Assembly (NCBI GenBank): GCA_963768055.1
Contig: CAVYGN010000001.1
Coordinates: 32,001-96,000 of the forward strand
DNA length: 64,000 nt
Direction of reading: 5' to 3'
DNA from: an uncultured Spirochaetota bacterium
Lineage (GTDB): Bacteria > Spirochaetota > Brevinematia > Brevinematales > JAOACQ01
The notes under the pieces: generated by a model
The model's database searches: none
What the model was told of the DNA's origin: nothing
Seen by the model: the letters and a program-made list of their open reading frames with translations, nothing else
Part shown: positions 1 through 9,657 of the stretch, in pieces
Layout: each line of letters begins with the position of its first letter
Position numbering within the stretch: position 1 is the first letter of the stretch
Made by a program: the position numbers and the translations under genes

Positions 1-626
1 AAGTTCACTTTTTTGCTGTCGACAGCTCGGGCAGCAGCCTGGCCATAGAGTTTTTAAATGGAAAAACGGTGTTTCATTGTAAAAATACTATGCCTGTAAA
101 GGTTATGGCTAATGACGCTTATGAGCAATCTTTACTGCATTTAAAAAAGTGGCTATCGGGGAAGTTAATGGGCGGGGATGGAGGTATGGGGATGAAAAAT
201 TATGTCCCTTCCTTAACAAGGTTTGACACGGCAGCTTCAATGGTTTCAAATTGTCAAAATGCCAATACGGCAGATATTGTTAAGTATGCCTTCACAGTCC
301 TGGATTCAGTACAGCAGGGCGACCATACAAAATTTAAAATCGTTTTTGACATTAAAAATCGTACCATATATTTTAAATCGCTCCAAAATCCGAAATTGAG
401 ATATTTCAGATTTGACAGCTTCGATTTTTCAAACCGGTCAAATTCTAAGATGCTGGATTTAAATTCCAACCTTGAGGGAGATGTAACTTCCAAATTTATG
501 GAATATTCCACTATTACCAACGAATCTCTGTTCAATGCCGCATTGGAAGACCTCGGTTATACAAATATTGTTTTGCTGCATCAGTTTTCGCAATACCTGG
601 ATACATTATCGTGTTCTGAAAAGTAG
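1..626 (+). CDS. Linear amide C-N hydrolase (choloylglycine hydrolase family), 5'-truncated by the window edge
   Basis: Frame is open from base 3 (VHFFAVDSSGSSLAIEFLNG...). It contains the HFFxxDxxGxxxxIEF, SLTRF and TKFKIVFD segments typical of the C-terminal half of this Ntn-hydrolase family. Confidence 0.7.
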   Translation, partial: VHFFAVDSSGSSLAIEFLNGKTVFHCKNTMPVKVMANDAYEQSLLHLKKWLSGKLMGGDGGMGMKNYVPSLTRFDTAASMVSNCQNANTADIVKYAFTVLDSVQQGDHTKFKIVFDIKNRTIYFKSLQNPKLRYFRFDSFDFSNRSNSKMLDLNSNLEGDVTSKFMEYSTITNESLFNAALEDLGYTNIVLLHQFSQYLDTLSCSEK

Positions 627-737
627 GTATTAATTTGCTACAGGGGCCAATTATGCTTCCCTTAATATGCCTGTACAAAAGAGTGCATTGAATGCAGCAA
701 GAGGCCTCTAACCGATCATAACAAATAGGGGTTAAAC

Positions 738-1817
738 ATGAATTATGAAATCGAACAAAGCGAATCAAATAAGGAACAATCGGGAAATAAATATCATGAT
801 TTATTCAATTCCATCCGGGACGGCCTTGTGCTGCTGGATGAAGACGGGAGGTTTAAAGAATGTAACAAAGCTTTTATAGATATAATCGGTTATACTGAGG
901 AAGAGCTAAAAAATATGAAGAGTTTAGACGTTATTTCAGGTAAATGGAGAACAACATACAAGAATTTATCAAAACAGGTTTATGAAAAAGGGAACAGTGA
1001 AGAATTTGAAAGGAGATATATTTGCAAGGATGGCAGATCAATTGTTGTACTTATCAAGGGCTGGCTTGCATATAAAAATTTTCAGAATCTCGATATCTGG
1101 ATTTTATTTCATGATATTACTTTCAAGAAAAAATTAGAGGGAAAATTATTTGATAACGAACAGAAATACCATTCTATCTTCGATTCAATAAATGTTCCCG
1201 TTTTTATAATCGATGGTGAAACCAGGAAAATACTTGATGTTAACCGCAATCTTCTTGAAACTTTCGGATATATGAAAGACGAATTGCTGAATATGAAATT
1301 CGAGTTATTTTCTATGGAACCTTTAACTTCAATAGAGATGATTGATGAAATTATGAAAGGGAAAATAAAACAGATACCTATTCGATGGTACCTGAAAAAA
1401 AATAATGCTCCGATTCCTGTGGCAATCACCATAGGAACTTATTTATGGGATGGTAAAAAAATTATTTGCGGTATTATCAGGGATATAACAGATTATTTGA
1501 ATGAGAATATAAAAAGCACCAATCTGATAAATAAGATCAGCCAGCTTGATATAGATATTACAGATTTTATGAAAATTTTAAAGACAAATTATGTCAGTCC
1601 GCCGGCAATAAATTTCATAAGTTATGGAATTACCGAGAAAGAGCTCAGGACTATTTTTCTTATTACACAAGGTCTGAGCAATAAAGAAATATCTGAAAAA
1701 TTATTCATCGCCGAGATAACGGTAAAAAAACATATATCATCGATTTTTAGAAAGCTGAATATAAAAAAGCGTGCAGAATTAATAAATTTTATAATTAATA
1801 ATAAAATTAAAATCTGA
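738..1817 (+). CDS. PAS-PAS-LuxR family transcriptional regulator
   Basis: Two PAS S-box segments plus a C-terminal ITEKE...GLSNKEISEKLFIAEITVKKHISSIFRKL helix-turn-helix. Confidence 0.9.
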   Translation: MNYEIEQSESNKEQSGNKYHDLFNSIRDGLVLLDEDGRFKECNKAFIDIIGYTEEELKNMKSLDVISGKWRTTYKNLSKQVYEKGNSEEFERRYICKDGRSIVVLIKGWLAYKNFQNLDIWILFHDITFKKKLEGKLFDNEQKYHSIFDSINVPVFIIDGETRKILDVNRNLLETFGYMKDELLNMKFELFSMEPLTSIEMIDEIMKGKIKQIPIRWYLKKNNAPIPVAITIGTYLWDGKKIICGIIRDITDYLNENIKSTNLINKISQLDIDITDFMKILKTNYVSPPAINFISYGITEKELRTIFLITQGLSNKEISEKLFIAEITVKKHISSIFRKLNIKKRAELINFIINNKIKI

Positions 1818-1828
1818 TTTGTCTTTTC

Positions 1829-2006
1829 TATACTTTTATATATACAATTCTTATACGTTAGTATAATAGTTTTAAGATCTTTTTTAAATAATAATTTAAT
1901 CAATTGTTGACTATATTTAAACCAAAGTTGTCTAATAATCGCCTGGCGGTTTAATGGAACTAGCCTTTATACTTTTTATATACCATAACTATACTTTAGG
2001 ATAATA
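1829..2006 (+). promoter_or_regulatory. Duplicated ~40-bp TATAC-repeat motif (putative LuxR-type binding sites)
   Basis: tatacttttatatatacaattcttatacgttagtataat at 1829 resembles tatactttttatataccataactatactttaggataat at 1968. A weaker copy lies near 2881. Confidence 0.45.
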
Positions 2007-2101
2007 TCTTTAAATTAGAGATATTTTATAATTCTATATGATTCTGAATATTGTTTAATCAGGAATTATAAAGCAATTGTGATTCAAAAGGAGTTATATA
2101 A

Positions 2102-2470
2102 ATGAAATTACTGGTAATTGATGATGAAATAATTTTCCTGACATGTTTGAAACAGGATCTGGAAAATAACGGTGATGATGTAAAAATCACTACTTCCCCT
2201 GTAAAAGCTCTGCAATACTTTAAAGATGAATGGTTCGACATTGTGATTACGGATTTGAAAATGCCTTTGCTGAGCGGTATAGATTTGATGGAAATATTTC
2301 ATAAAATAAACAACAAGGCAATTGTCATTGTAATGTCTTCCAGCGATGATGAAGAAACAATAAAGATTGCATTAAATTGCGGCGCTTACGGGTTTTTAAG
2401 GAAAGAATCCATATTGGCCGAACTGCTGGAGATTTATAAAAAAATCAACTTGGACAGGATGTCAACATGA
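2102..2470 (+). CDS. Single-domain response regulator (receiver)
   Basis: LVIDDE, DIVITDLKMP, S/T and K motifs of a REC domain. Confidence 0.9.
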   Translation: MKLLVIDDEIIFLTCLKQDLENNGDDVKITTSPVKALQYFKDEWFDIVITDLKMPLLSGIDLMEIFHKINNKAIVIVMSSSDDEETIKIALNCGAYGFLRKESILAELLEIYKKINLDRMST

Positions 2471-2856
2471 ATGAGAATATGAATAATTATTTAAAAGAAA
2501 TTATCGAAGCGTTTATTTGCGGTATATTTAAGGATATCACCGATTATTTAAATGAATATAATAAAAAAATTAATCTGACAAATAGAATTAAAAAATTTGA
2601 TGAAGATATAACAGATTTTGTAAAAATATTAAATAATGATTATATCGCTAAAAAGTCATCAATTTTACTTAATTATGGAATTACTGAAAAAGAAAGGAAC
2701 ATTATTATTCTTATTAATAATGGTCTTAGCAACAAGGAAATATCGGACAAATTATGTATTGCCGAGGTTACAGTTAAAAAACATATTACATCGATTTTTC
2801 AAAAACTTAAGATTAAAAAACGGACAGAGTTAATTAATTTTATAATAAATAACTGA
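2467..2856 (+). CDS. LuxR HTH protein, partial paralogue of the C-terminus of 738..1817
   Basis: ICGIFKDITDYLNE...YGITEKE...GLSNKEISDKL closely matches the end of the upstream PAS-LuxR. Confidence 0.85.
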   Translation: MNENMNNYLKEIIEAFICGIFKDITDYLNEYNKKINLTNRIKKFDEDITDFVKILNNDYIAKKSSILLNYGITEKERNIIILINNGLSNKEISDKLCIAEVTVKKHITSIFQKLKIKKRTELINFIINN

Positions 2857-2968
2857 AATCAAAGCCAAAAACCTTATTTCTATATCATATCTACACTTCG
2901 GGATAACACCTTTAATTCCCGAATAATTTATAATTCAATAGTTTGTTATATTTGCAGTGGGGGAACAA

Positions 2969-3346
2969 ATGAAATACAGGGAAATTCTTATTATAGATGA
3001 TTTATCTACTTCCGGAATAATCACACAACGATGTTTTGAAATAGCCGGGTACAGGGATTTAAAATATAAATTTGCCGGAACCTGTAATGAAGCCTTATCA
3101 GAATTAGATAAAAGCGACTCTGTTGATCTTATATTAACTGAAATAAATTTGCCTGGCATGAACGGAGAAAGTTTCATCAAAAAAGTCAGGTCAAATTACT
3201 CTGAATCTGCCATACATATAATAGTTGTATCGGGTATTATAGACAGTTCTGTAAAATTAACACTCTTCAGGGCAGGTGCAAATGCGATTATAAAGAAGCC
3301 GATTAATCCGGTTAAGGTTGTGAAAATCATGGAGGGGCTTGCGTAA
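2969..3346 (+). CDS. Atypical receiver-domain protein (Glu at the phosphoacceptor position)
   Basis: ILIIDD...DLILTEINLPGMNG...KKP; E stands where D is expected. Confidence 0.8.
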   Translation: MKYREILIIDDLSTSGIITQRCFEIAGYRDLKYKFAGTCNEALSELDKSDSVDLILTEINLPGMNGESFIKKVRSNYSESAIHIIVVSGIIDSSVKLTLFRAGANAIIKKPINPVKVVKIMEGLA

Positions 3347-3381
3347 TCAAGTGTACAGACAAGTCCGGGGCAATCACGGTA

Positions 3382-4653
3382 TTAATTATCTTCATTGACC
3401 GAATCTCTGCGGAATCCGGTCAAAGCCGCAAGTGTAAGCAACGCCGCCCCTGAAAGGTAGTAGCCTACAAACTGCAGGCCGTAACGTCCGGCGAGCCATG
3501 TCGCGATATACGGCGCGAGCGAAGCGCCAAGGATGCCGGCCAGGGTGAATGACAGGGAAGCGCCGGTATACCTGACCTGGGTGGGAAATATGTCGCTCAA
3601 TGCGGTTCCCAGCGGCCCGTAGGAAAAACCCATCAACAGCAAACCCGCCGTAAGGAACCCGATGGTAATCAGGAGATTGCCTGTACTAAAAAACGGAGCG
3701 AATATCAAGCCGAAAAGAAGAATTGCAGCCGTTGTTATTATCAATACATTTCTCCTTCCGTAGCGGTCAGCCAGAACCCCGGAAACAGGAACCCCTATCG
3801 CAAAGAAAAGGACTGCTATCAACTGCGCCGCAAGAAAATCGGAACGCGGGTAATGCAGTTTAGACGTTCCCCAGCTTAAAGTAAACACAGTCATCAGATA
3901 AAACAGCACAAAAGTTGTGACCGCCGCGAAAGTGCCCAGGAAAAGGACCCAAGTATGCTTCAGCAGAACATCCTTCATCGGTATCCTTACACGCCGGTTA
4001 TTTTTTATAGCTTCGATAAAAGCCGGCGTTTCTTCCAATTTCAAGCGAACGTATAAGCCTACCAAGACCAGGACCGCGCTCGCAATAAATGGAATGCGCC
4101 AGCCAAAACTGAAGAACTGTTCGTCTTTGAAAATACTGCTGAGTATGAGGAATGTTCCGCTGGATAAGATAAAACCGATAGGCGCGCCAAGTTGAGGAAA
4201 CATGCCGTACCAGGCGCGTTTGCCGGAAGGAGCGTTTTCTGTCGCCAGTAAAACGGCCCCGCCCCATTCCCCGCCCAGTCCCAGTCCCTGCCCGAAACGG
4301 AATACAGCCAGAAGTATAGGGGCGAAGATTCCGATCGACGCATAGGTCGGCAATAGGCCGATTGCCACTGTCGACGGCCCCATGGTCATCAGCGACGCCA
4401 CTAATGTAGCCTTACGGCCGATGCGGTCTCCGAAATGTCCAAAGAGGGCCGCTCCCACAGGCCTGGCGAAAAATGCCAGTGCGAATGTGGCCAGGGATTC
4501 GAGAACCGCGGTATTGGGATCCGCAGACGGGAAAAACAATTTCGGGAATACCAGAACCGCTGAAGTGGCGAAAATATAAAAATCAAAGAATTCAATAGTG
4601 GTGCCGACAAGACTCGCCACCAATATCCTTGTCCGGGAATTTGACCGATTCAT
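3382..4653 (-). CDS. MFS transporter, metabolite:H+ symporter (MHS; ShiA/YhjE-like)
   Basis: GTTIEFFDF, GHFGDRIGRK, GLGLGGEWGGA and GWRIPF motifs; about 12 hydrophobic segments. Confidence 0.92.
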   Translation of the reverse strand: MNRSNSRTRILVASLVGTTIEFFDFYIFATSAVLVFPKLFFPSADPNTAVLESLATFALAFFARPVGAALFGHFGDRIGRKATLVASLMTMGPSTVAIGLLPTYASIGIFAPILLAVFRFGQGLGLGGEWGGAVLLATENAPSGKRAWYGMFPQLGAPIGFILSSGTFLILSSIFKDEQFFSFGWRIPFIASAVLVLVGLYVRLKLEETPAFIEAIKNNRRVRIPMKDVLLKHTWVLFLGTFAAVTTFVLFYLMTVFTLSWGTSKLHYPRSDFLAAQLIAVLFFAIGVPVSGVLADRYGRRNVLIITTAAILLFGLIFAPFFSTGNLLITIGFLTAGLLLMGFSYGPLGTALSDIFPTQVRYTGASLSFTLAGILGASLAPYIATWLAGRYGLQFVGYYLSGAALLTLAALTGFRRDSVNEDN

Positions 4654-4772
4654 GGGTATCTCCTAAATACTTGGCCGAGGGTGTTAATTTAGAATATTAT
4701 ATTTTATCAAATTAAAAAACAAGTTTTTTAAACGGTGCCTGAATGGGCTTGCTCCCGCAGGGATAAATCCGG

Positions 4773-7334
4773 CTATTTTATCAATGAATTCATAAAGGAC
4801 TTCAATTCTTCAGAATCTATTATTGTCTTATTGGTTTTCTTTTGCTGTTCCTTAATAAATTGTATAACCAGGTGCGTTAATACAGCCCCGGGCCTGGGAT
4901 AAGCTGCCACAATATAATGCGATCCCTCGGTTAATTCTCCATCTTCTTTTTCATATTCGGCCCTGAGATTGTCCGGGGTTATTAAAGAATTGGCATACTG
5001 GAAAACAACCTTGTCCATTGCCTTATATACTTCTTTACTTTCTTCGGTCATGCCGTAATAATCGAGCAATTGAGCAAAAACATAATTCGATGTTGTATAA
5101 ACATCCTGACCCTGTTCTGATTCCACCGCTTCCCCGTTCTCTGTCCGGCACATTGCCCAGCCCATAGTTGTGCGGTTATTCTCATAGATTGTCTTAAGGA
5201 TTTTTTTAGCCCTATCGCCGGAGATAAAAGATTCTTCTCCAATCGAGATCAAATACCACAGAGCATCGAGCTGGTTGGTCCAGATGTCCGTATTTGTTCT
5301 TCCTGTTTTAGGATCGAAGCATGTAATGTAATACGAGAGCTTTCGGCCGTTTTTACTCTTTTCTTCTCTCCAAAGTTTTTCAAAGCTCTGTGAGGCTTTT
5401 TCAAATACCTCACGGCAATGCTTTTTGGATTTTTCATCTTTCATCATTTCCGCCATTTTAATCATGGCCTGGCATCCCCCCAAAAAAGTAGTTACATCAT
5501 AAGCGTCTACGCCAAATAAGGTTAAATTATCAAAGGTATTTTTTACTTCATTGGGATTGCCTTCGGGAACCCCATCCCCGTCAAAATCCAGCGTCAGCAA
5601 ATATTCCAGTCCGAATTTAAGCGTATCCCAGTTTTTCTTTAAGAATTCAGTGTCGCCCATGAACTTAACATCGCGTAATACTCTTAATACCAGTTTAGGA
5701 AATAGATCGATCCAGTAGTTATTATTGTACCATGCATAATCGCTGACATTACGCAAGGCATGGCCCTTGGGTAAAGCTCCCACATCATGAGCCACACTTC
5801 CCTTTATCTTAAAAGCGCCTCTTATCTGGGTCATCGGCTCGCCCTCGTATTCTTCCGGATAATCATAATAATGTTTCCTCGCTTCGACAAAAGACGAGTG
5901 GTAATGATAGAAGCGTGGAGTAGGATCTTCTGCCAATATCGAATCGATAAAACGCTGGCAGAGTTCTTTTTCTATATTGGGAAACAGGATAAGCAATACC
6001 ATAGAATACCAGTCAACATCCGAGGGATCGATATAAGCGTAATCAAAACATTCCAGGAACCTTGCAGAATCGTTGCCGTCCCCGTCTTCGGTCCAGACCG
6101 CGGCATTTGATAAAGGAAAGCTGAATTCGTTCAAAATCAATCTAGTCAGCCTCAAAACGCCATCCCTGTCGTTTTTATATGAAGGACTTTGCCGGATCAG
6201 ATCAAAAATCCTGTTCTGTATTTTTGAAGTCCGTTCTAACCATATGGGATAATTATCCAGTGCGATTTTTACCATATCCAAAGCTCTTGTTTCTTTGTTC
6301 TTGAAACTTTTTACATATTTACGTTCAAATACTTTTCCGTCAATATAACTCTGTTCCGGAAAGTCTAAAGCTACGGCAAACGGTATCGACACAACAGCTT
6401 CCGGTTCAAGCGTAAAAGTAAGACTTATTGCTGCACCGTAATCCTGCTTTATCTGACGATCTCTTTTTTCATAAAAAGTACCGTTATCATTTAATAATAA
6501 ATCCTGTTTAAGCCGGTTTAAGCAAAAATAAGGATGTGTATCGATATCAACATTTTTCATTTCAGGCACAGCGATGACCATCCTGTCCCGGCATTCCCTG
6601 CTGCCAAGAATCACTCCTCTCATTCCGCCGGATTTAAAATCCTCATGTACATGACCTTTCACCGGCGTTGAGCATGAATAAACCGAATCCTGATCAGTAG
6701 GTTTCAGTTCCTTTTCCTGAAGATTTACCAGGGATGGCCTGGGTATCACCAAAGTAATTTTCTGAGCCTTTTTAGTATTATTCTTTATTTCATATTCTTC
6801 CACACCGACAGGCATCGCTGTCTGTAAATTTCCGGACAGGAAAGGCGAAATATACTTCCTTGTTACACTGATTTTTTCCAGTTTATATGTTATTTCCAGT
6901 AAAGGTGTGGCAATGGAAATAGTGATCCGCTTTTCCGGTATTGCCGGATGGTAATAATTTTTCAAGGCCGGTACATCATCAGGAGTCTCAACAACCTTGG
7001 GGTCTTTTGCAGTGAGCATAACATATACATCTTTCTCGTCTTCCATGTCCTTGTCGGCAAAGATGCGGATAAACGGCGCCGAGGCAAACTGGATGGAATT
7101 TTGATTCAGTAAAATCAACCTGCCTGCATCATTGAATCTATTGTATAAACCATCGGGAGATATACCTATGGAGCAGGTAGGAGCCCCCTGAAGGGCAATG
7201 GTATGCGGAAATTGAAGCGTTTTAGACATCCCCTGAAAATGGACCGTCATTTTATTTGTTTTATAAATCTCACTTATCTGTGCTCCAGAGATCGTAAAAA
7301 CATCGCTGATATTTAAAGTGTTAGATTCCGGCAT
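4773..7334 (-). CDS. Glycoside hydrolase family 116 (GBA2-like beta-glycosidase)
   Basis: FLECFDY...DVDWYS nucleophile region, AHDVG, and DFDGDGVPE...NTFDN...GVDAY acid/base region. Confidence 0.75.
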   Translation of the reverse strand: MPESNTLNISDVFTISGAQISEIYKTNKMTVHFQGMSKTLQFPHTIALQGAPTCSIGISPDGLYNRFNDAGRLILLNQNSIQFASAPFIRIFADKDMEDEKDVYVMLTAKDPKVVETPDDVPALKNYYHPAIPEKRITISIATPLLEITYKLEKISVTRKYISPFLSGNLQTAMPVGVEEYEIKNNTKKAQKITLVIPRPSLVNLQEKELKPTDQDSVYSCSTPVKGHVHEDFKSGGMRGVILGSRECRDRMVIAVPEMKNVDIDTHPYFCLNRLKQDLLLNDNGTFYEKRDRQIKQDYGAAISLTFTLEPEAVVSIPFAVALDFPEQSYIDGKVFERKYVKSFKNKETRALDMVKIALDNYPIWLERTSKIQNRIFDLIRQSPSYKNDRDGVLRLTRLILNEFSFPLSNAAVWTEDGDGNDSARFLECFDYAYIDPSDVDWYSMVLLILFPNIEKELCQRFIDSILAEDPTPRFYHYHSSFVEARKHYYDYPEEYEGEPMTQIRGAFKIKGSVAHDVGALPKGHALRNVSDYAWYNNNYWIDLFPKLVLRVLRDVKFMGDTEFLKKNWDTLKFGLEYLLTLDFDGDGVPEGNPNEVKNTFDNLTLFGVDAYDVTTFLGGCQAMIKMAEMMKDEKSKKHCREVFEKASQSFEKLWREEKSKNGRKLSYYITCFDPKTGRTNTDIWTNQLDALWYLISIGEESFISGDRAKKILKTIYENNRTTMGWAMCRTENGEAVESEQGQDVYTTSNYVFAQLLDYYGMTEESKEVYKAMDKVVFQYANSLITPDNLRAEYEKEDGELTEGSHYIVAAYPRPGAVLTHLVIQFIKEQQKKTNKTIIDSEELKSFMNSLIK

Positions 7335-7364
7335 AAAATAGCTCCGAATTTTATATATTCTTAA

Positions 7365-7563
7365 GGGCAGTTCTAATAACTCAAGAATATTACCCTTTCT
7401 ACTAACAACTTACTCTTTAACTCTATATGCACTTGTGCCCGTTAGGGTATGCCCTATGGGGCGTACGTACCCGAAGGGTATTTATCCCCGGATGGGTTTA
7501 TCCCCGGTAGGGGAGGCTTCCTATCCGAAGGGCTTGTGCCCGTAGGGTATATTATAAGCGCCC
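7365..7563. mobile_element. MITE-like element, copy A (199 bp, TTAA target duplication)
   Basis: Left end GGGCAGTTCTAATAAC and degenerate right end ...ATTATAAGCGCCC. Flanked by TTAA at 7361-7364 and 7564-7567. The interior is packed with short hairpins. Confidence 0.7.
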
Positions 7564-9381
7564 TTAACAATACGACAAACCTAAAGGATGTTTCTTCGGC
7601 GCTTTCAGATTTTCGGCAGAAGTTTCCTGTTCCGCGCCAAGATTTACAGGTAATTTTGTTGAAGGTGAAGTCTTGATTTTCCCGAAAAGAAGATCGGCTG
7701 AAGATCTAATAGAATCGGGCGTTCCGCTGAAATTACAAATTACAGCGTCGGCTTCCTTTGTAGCGCCTTTTAAATAGGGGAAATTAGTAACAACAACAAC
7801 TTTGTGGCCTGCCTCTTTCAGCTTCTTGACAAGCAGCTGGTTGTTGCCGGTTTTTACGATTCGAGCATAATAATTGGTCATAACAACAAGGTCTGCCTGT
7901 TTAGCAAGCTCGAGACATTCTTCTATCTCTTCATCAAATGCAGAAAATGCGGTATCGGTCAATATAAGGTTTGTTGAGTTATTTACCATTTGTTCGCAAA
8001 ACATATGAGAATGGAAATATGGATCTTTTCCGACAAATTCATAAGGGATGCATTGTTCAATAACAAGTATCCTTTGTTTTGGATTTAACGGAAGCATTTT
8101 TTTGTCGTCTCTCATCACTAATAATGCTTTCTTGGCAACATCCATTGAAAAATCGACAATTTCTTTGCTGGTTGTAATTTCTAAGGTTTTCTTAGGATCT
8201 TTTTTACCGGCTGTTTCAAACAAACCCTGGTCGTACTTCATTGTTAAAAGATGTGTTACAGCATCATTGACCCTGTCTTCAGACAATTCGCCCTTTTCAA
8301 CGGCCTGTTTAATCCCAAAAAAGCACTGTGACCTGGACTCATCATCGGCTTTCAAAAGTATGGTATCAACGCCTGCTTTTATTGCCATCGTACAAGCCAG
8401 GGGGAGAGGCCATTTTTTAAGAATAGCAGCCATACCGATGGCGTCTGAAACAATGACGCCTTTGAATCCCAAATCCTTTCTTAAAAGACCCTGAAGGATT
8501 TTCTCCGACAAGGTCGTCGGATACGTATCATCGTAAGCCGGATAAACAGAATGCCCGGTCATAATAGCTTTTACTCCAAAATCTATTGCCGCTTTGAAAG
8601 GAACCAGGTCGACTTCATTCATTGTCTTTTTATCCATATTTAAAACTTCCAGTACATCATGAGCATCGGTAACCGAATTGCCTCTTCCGGGGAAATGCTT
8701 TCCGGTTGCTGCTATACCGCCTTCCTGTAAACCCTTAATCAAAGCAACGGCATGTTTCGCACAAGTCTCGGGATTATCGCTGAACGACCTGACTCCTATT
8801 TCGGGATTTTTTGGATTTACATTCACATCACATACGGGTGAATACATTTGTGTAATACCGATAGCGGTTAATTGTTTTGCAATAGTCAAACCTATTTTAT
8901 AGGTCAGGTCTACATCGCCGATAGCCGCCATACCCATAGGCCCCGGAAATTGTCTGATTCCACCGGCAGTATAATCATTCTTAAAATCGCCTTCAAAATC
9001 TATTGTCATATGAAGAGGAATTCCGGAAGGCCTGTTCATGGCAATTTCCTGCAATTTATTAAGCCTTTTTGTATATTCCTCCGGTGTAATGCTGATGCCG
9101 AAGGATTTTCCCGCAAAATAAGTATTTGATATTGAAAAATAATCTTTAGGTTTCTGGAAGTTCTTATCATACTGTGAATTGCCCCAGTAAAGGTTTTTAC
9201 TGGTCTCAACGCCGTAAGGTTCAAGGCAAAGGCCGCCGCATTGCAGCCTTGTGATCTGTTCGATGCCGCTTGGCGTTAATATCGCGCCGCGCCATGTAAA
9301 TGTTAGAAGCTGGCCGACTTTTTCTTCCAGGCTCATGCTTCCAACCTTTTTCTGAATGAATTCATCTCGTTGTTTTGACAT
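7564..9381 (-). CDS. GH3 beta-N-acetylhexosaminidase-like glycosidase with C-terminal domain
   Basis: MSLEEKVGQL, IDFEG, PVCDVNVNPKNPEIGVRSF, KHFPGRGNSVTDAH and VSDAIGM motifs. Confidence 0.88.
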   Translation of the reverse strand: MSKQRDEFIQKKVGSMSLEEKVGQLLTFTWRGAILTPSGIEQITRLQCGGLCLEPYGVETSKNLYWGNSQYDKNFQKPKDYFSISNTYFAGKSFGISITPEEYTKRLNKLQEIAMNRPSGIPLHMTIDFEGDFKNDYTAGGIRQFPGPMGMAAIGDVDLTYKIGLTIAKQLTAIGITQMYSPVCDVNVNPKNPEIGVRSFSDNPETCAKHAVALIKGLQEGGIAATGKHFPGRGNSVTDAHDVLEVLNMDKKTMNEVDLVPFKAAIDFGVKAIMTGHSVYPAYDDTYPTTLSEKILQGLLRKDLGFKGVIVSDAIGMAAILKKWPLPLACTMAIKAGVDTILLKADDESRSQCFFGIKQAVEKGELSEDRVNDAVTHLLTMKYDQGLFETAGKKDPKKTLEITTSKEIVDFSMDVAKKALLVMRDDKKMLPLNPKQRILVIEQCIPYEFVGKDPYFHSHMFCEQMVNNSTNLILTDTAFSAFDEEIEECLELAKQADLVVMTNYYARIVKTGNNQLLVKKLKEAGHKVVVVTNFPYLKGATKEADAVICNFSGTPDSIRSSADLLFGKIKTSPSTKLPVNLGAEQETSAENLKAPKKHPLGLSYC

Positions 9382-9657
9382 ATGATAACTCCTTATTAAT
9401 ATAAATTATATGCCTGCTTTTTTAAAGTGGGGTAATTATAGGACGGTTCTAATATTATAAAATTATTCAGGGCATAAGTCAATAATCATTTCTGTGTTCC
9501 CCGCCTTTCGATACGGGCTAAGCCCTGGATACAGGCACTTCGGCTGCTTCGACCTGGTCCGGATATTCAAGAAAGCTCCGGCGATTGAAAATTGACACAA
9601 AAATATTCCATAAATAGAATAAACCCGATGTTGGCGATTTAAAAAGGGGGCTTTTTT

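Noticed and set aside
7449..7676. 75-aa ORF MPYGAYVPEG...
   Set aside because: It arises from MITE hairpins and the antisense strand of GH3.
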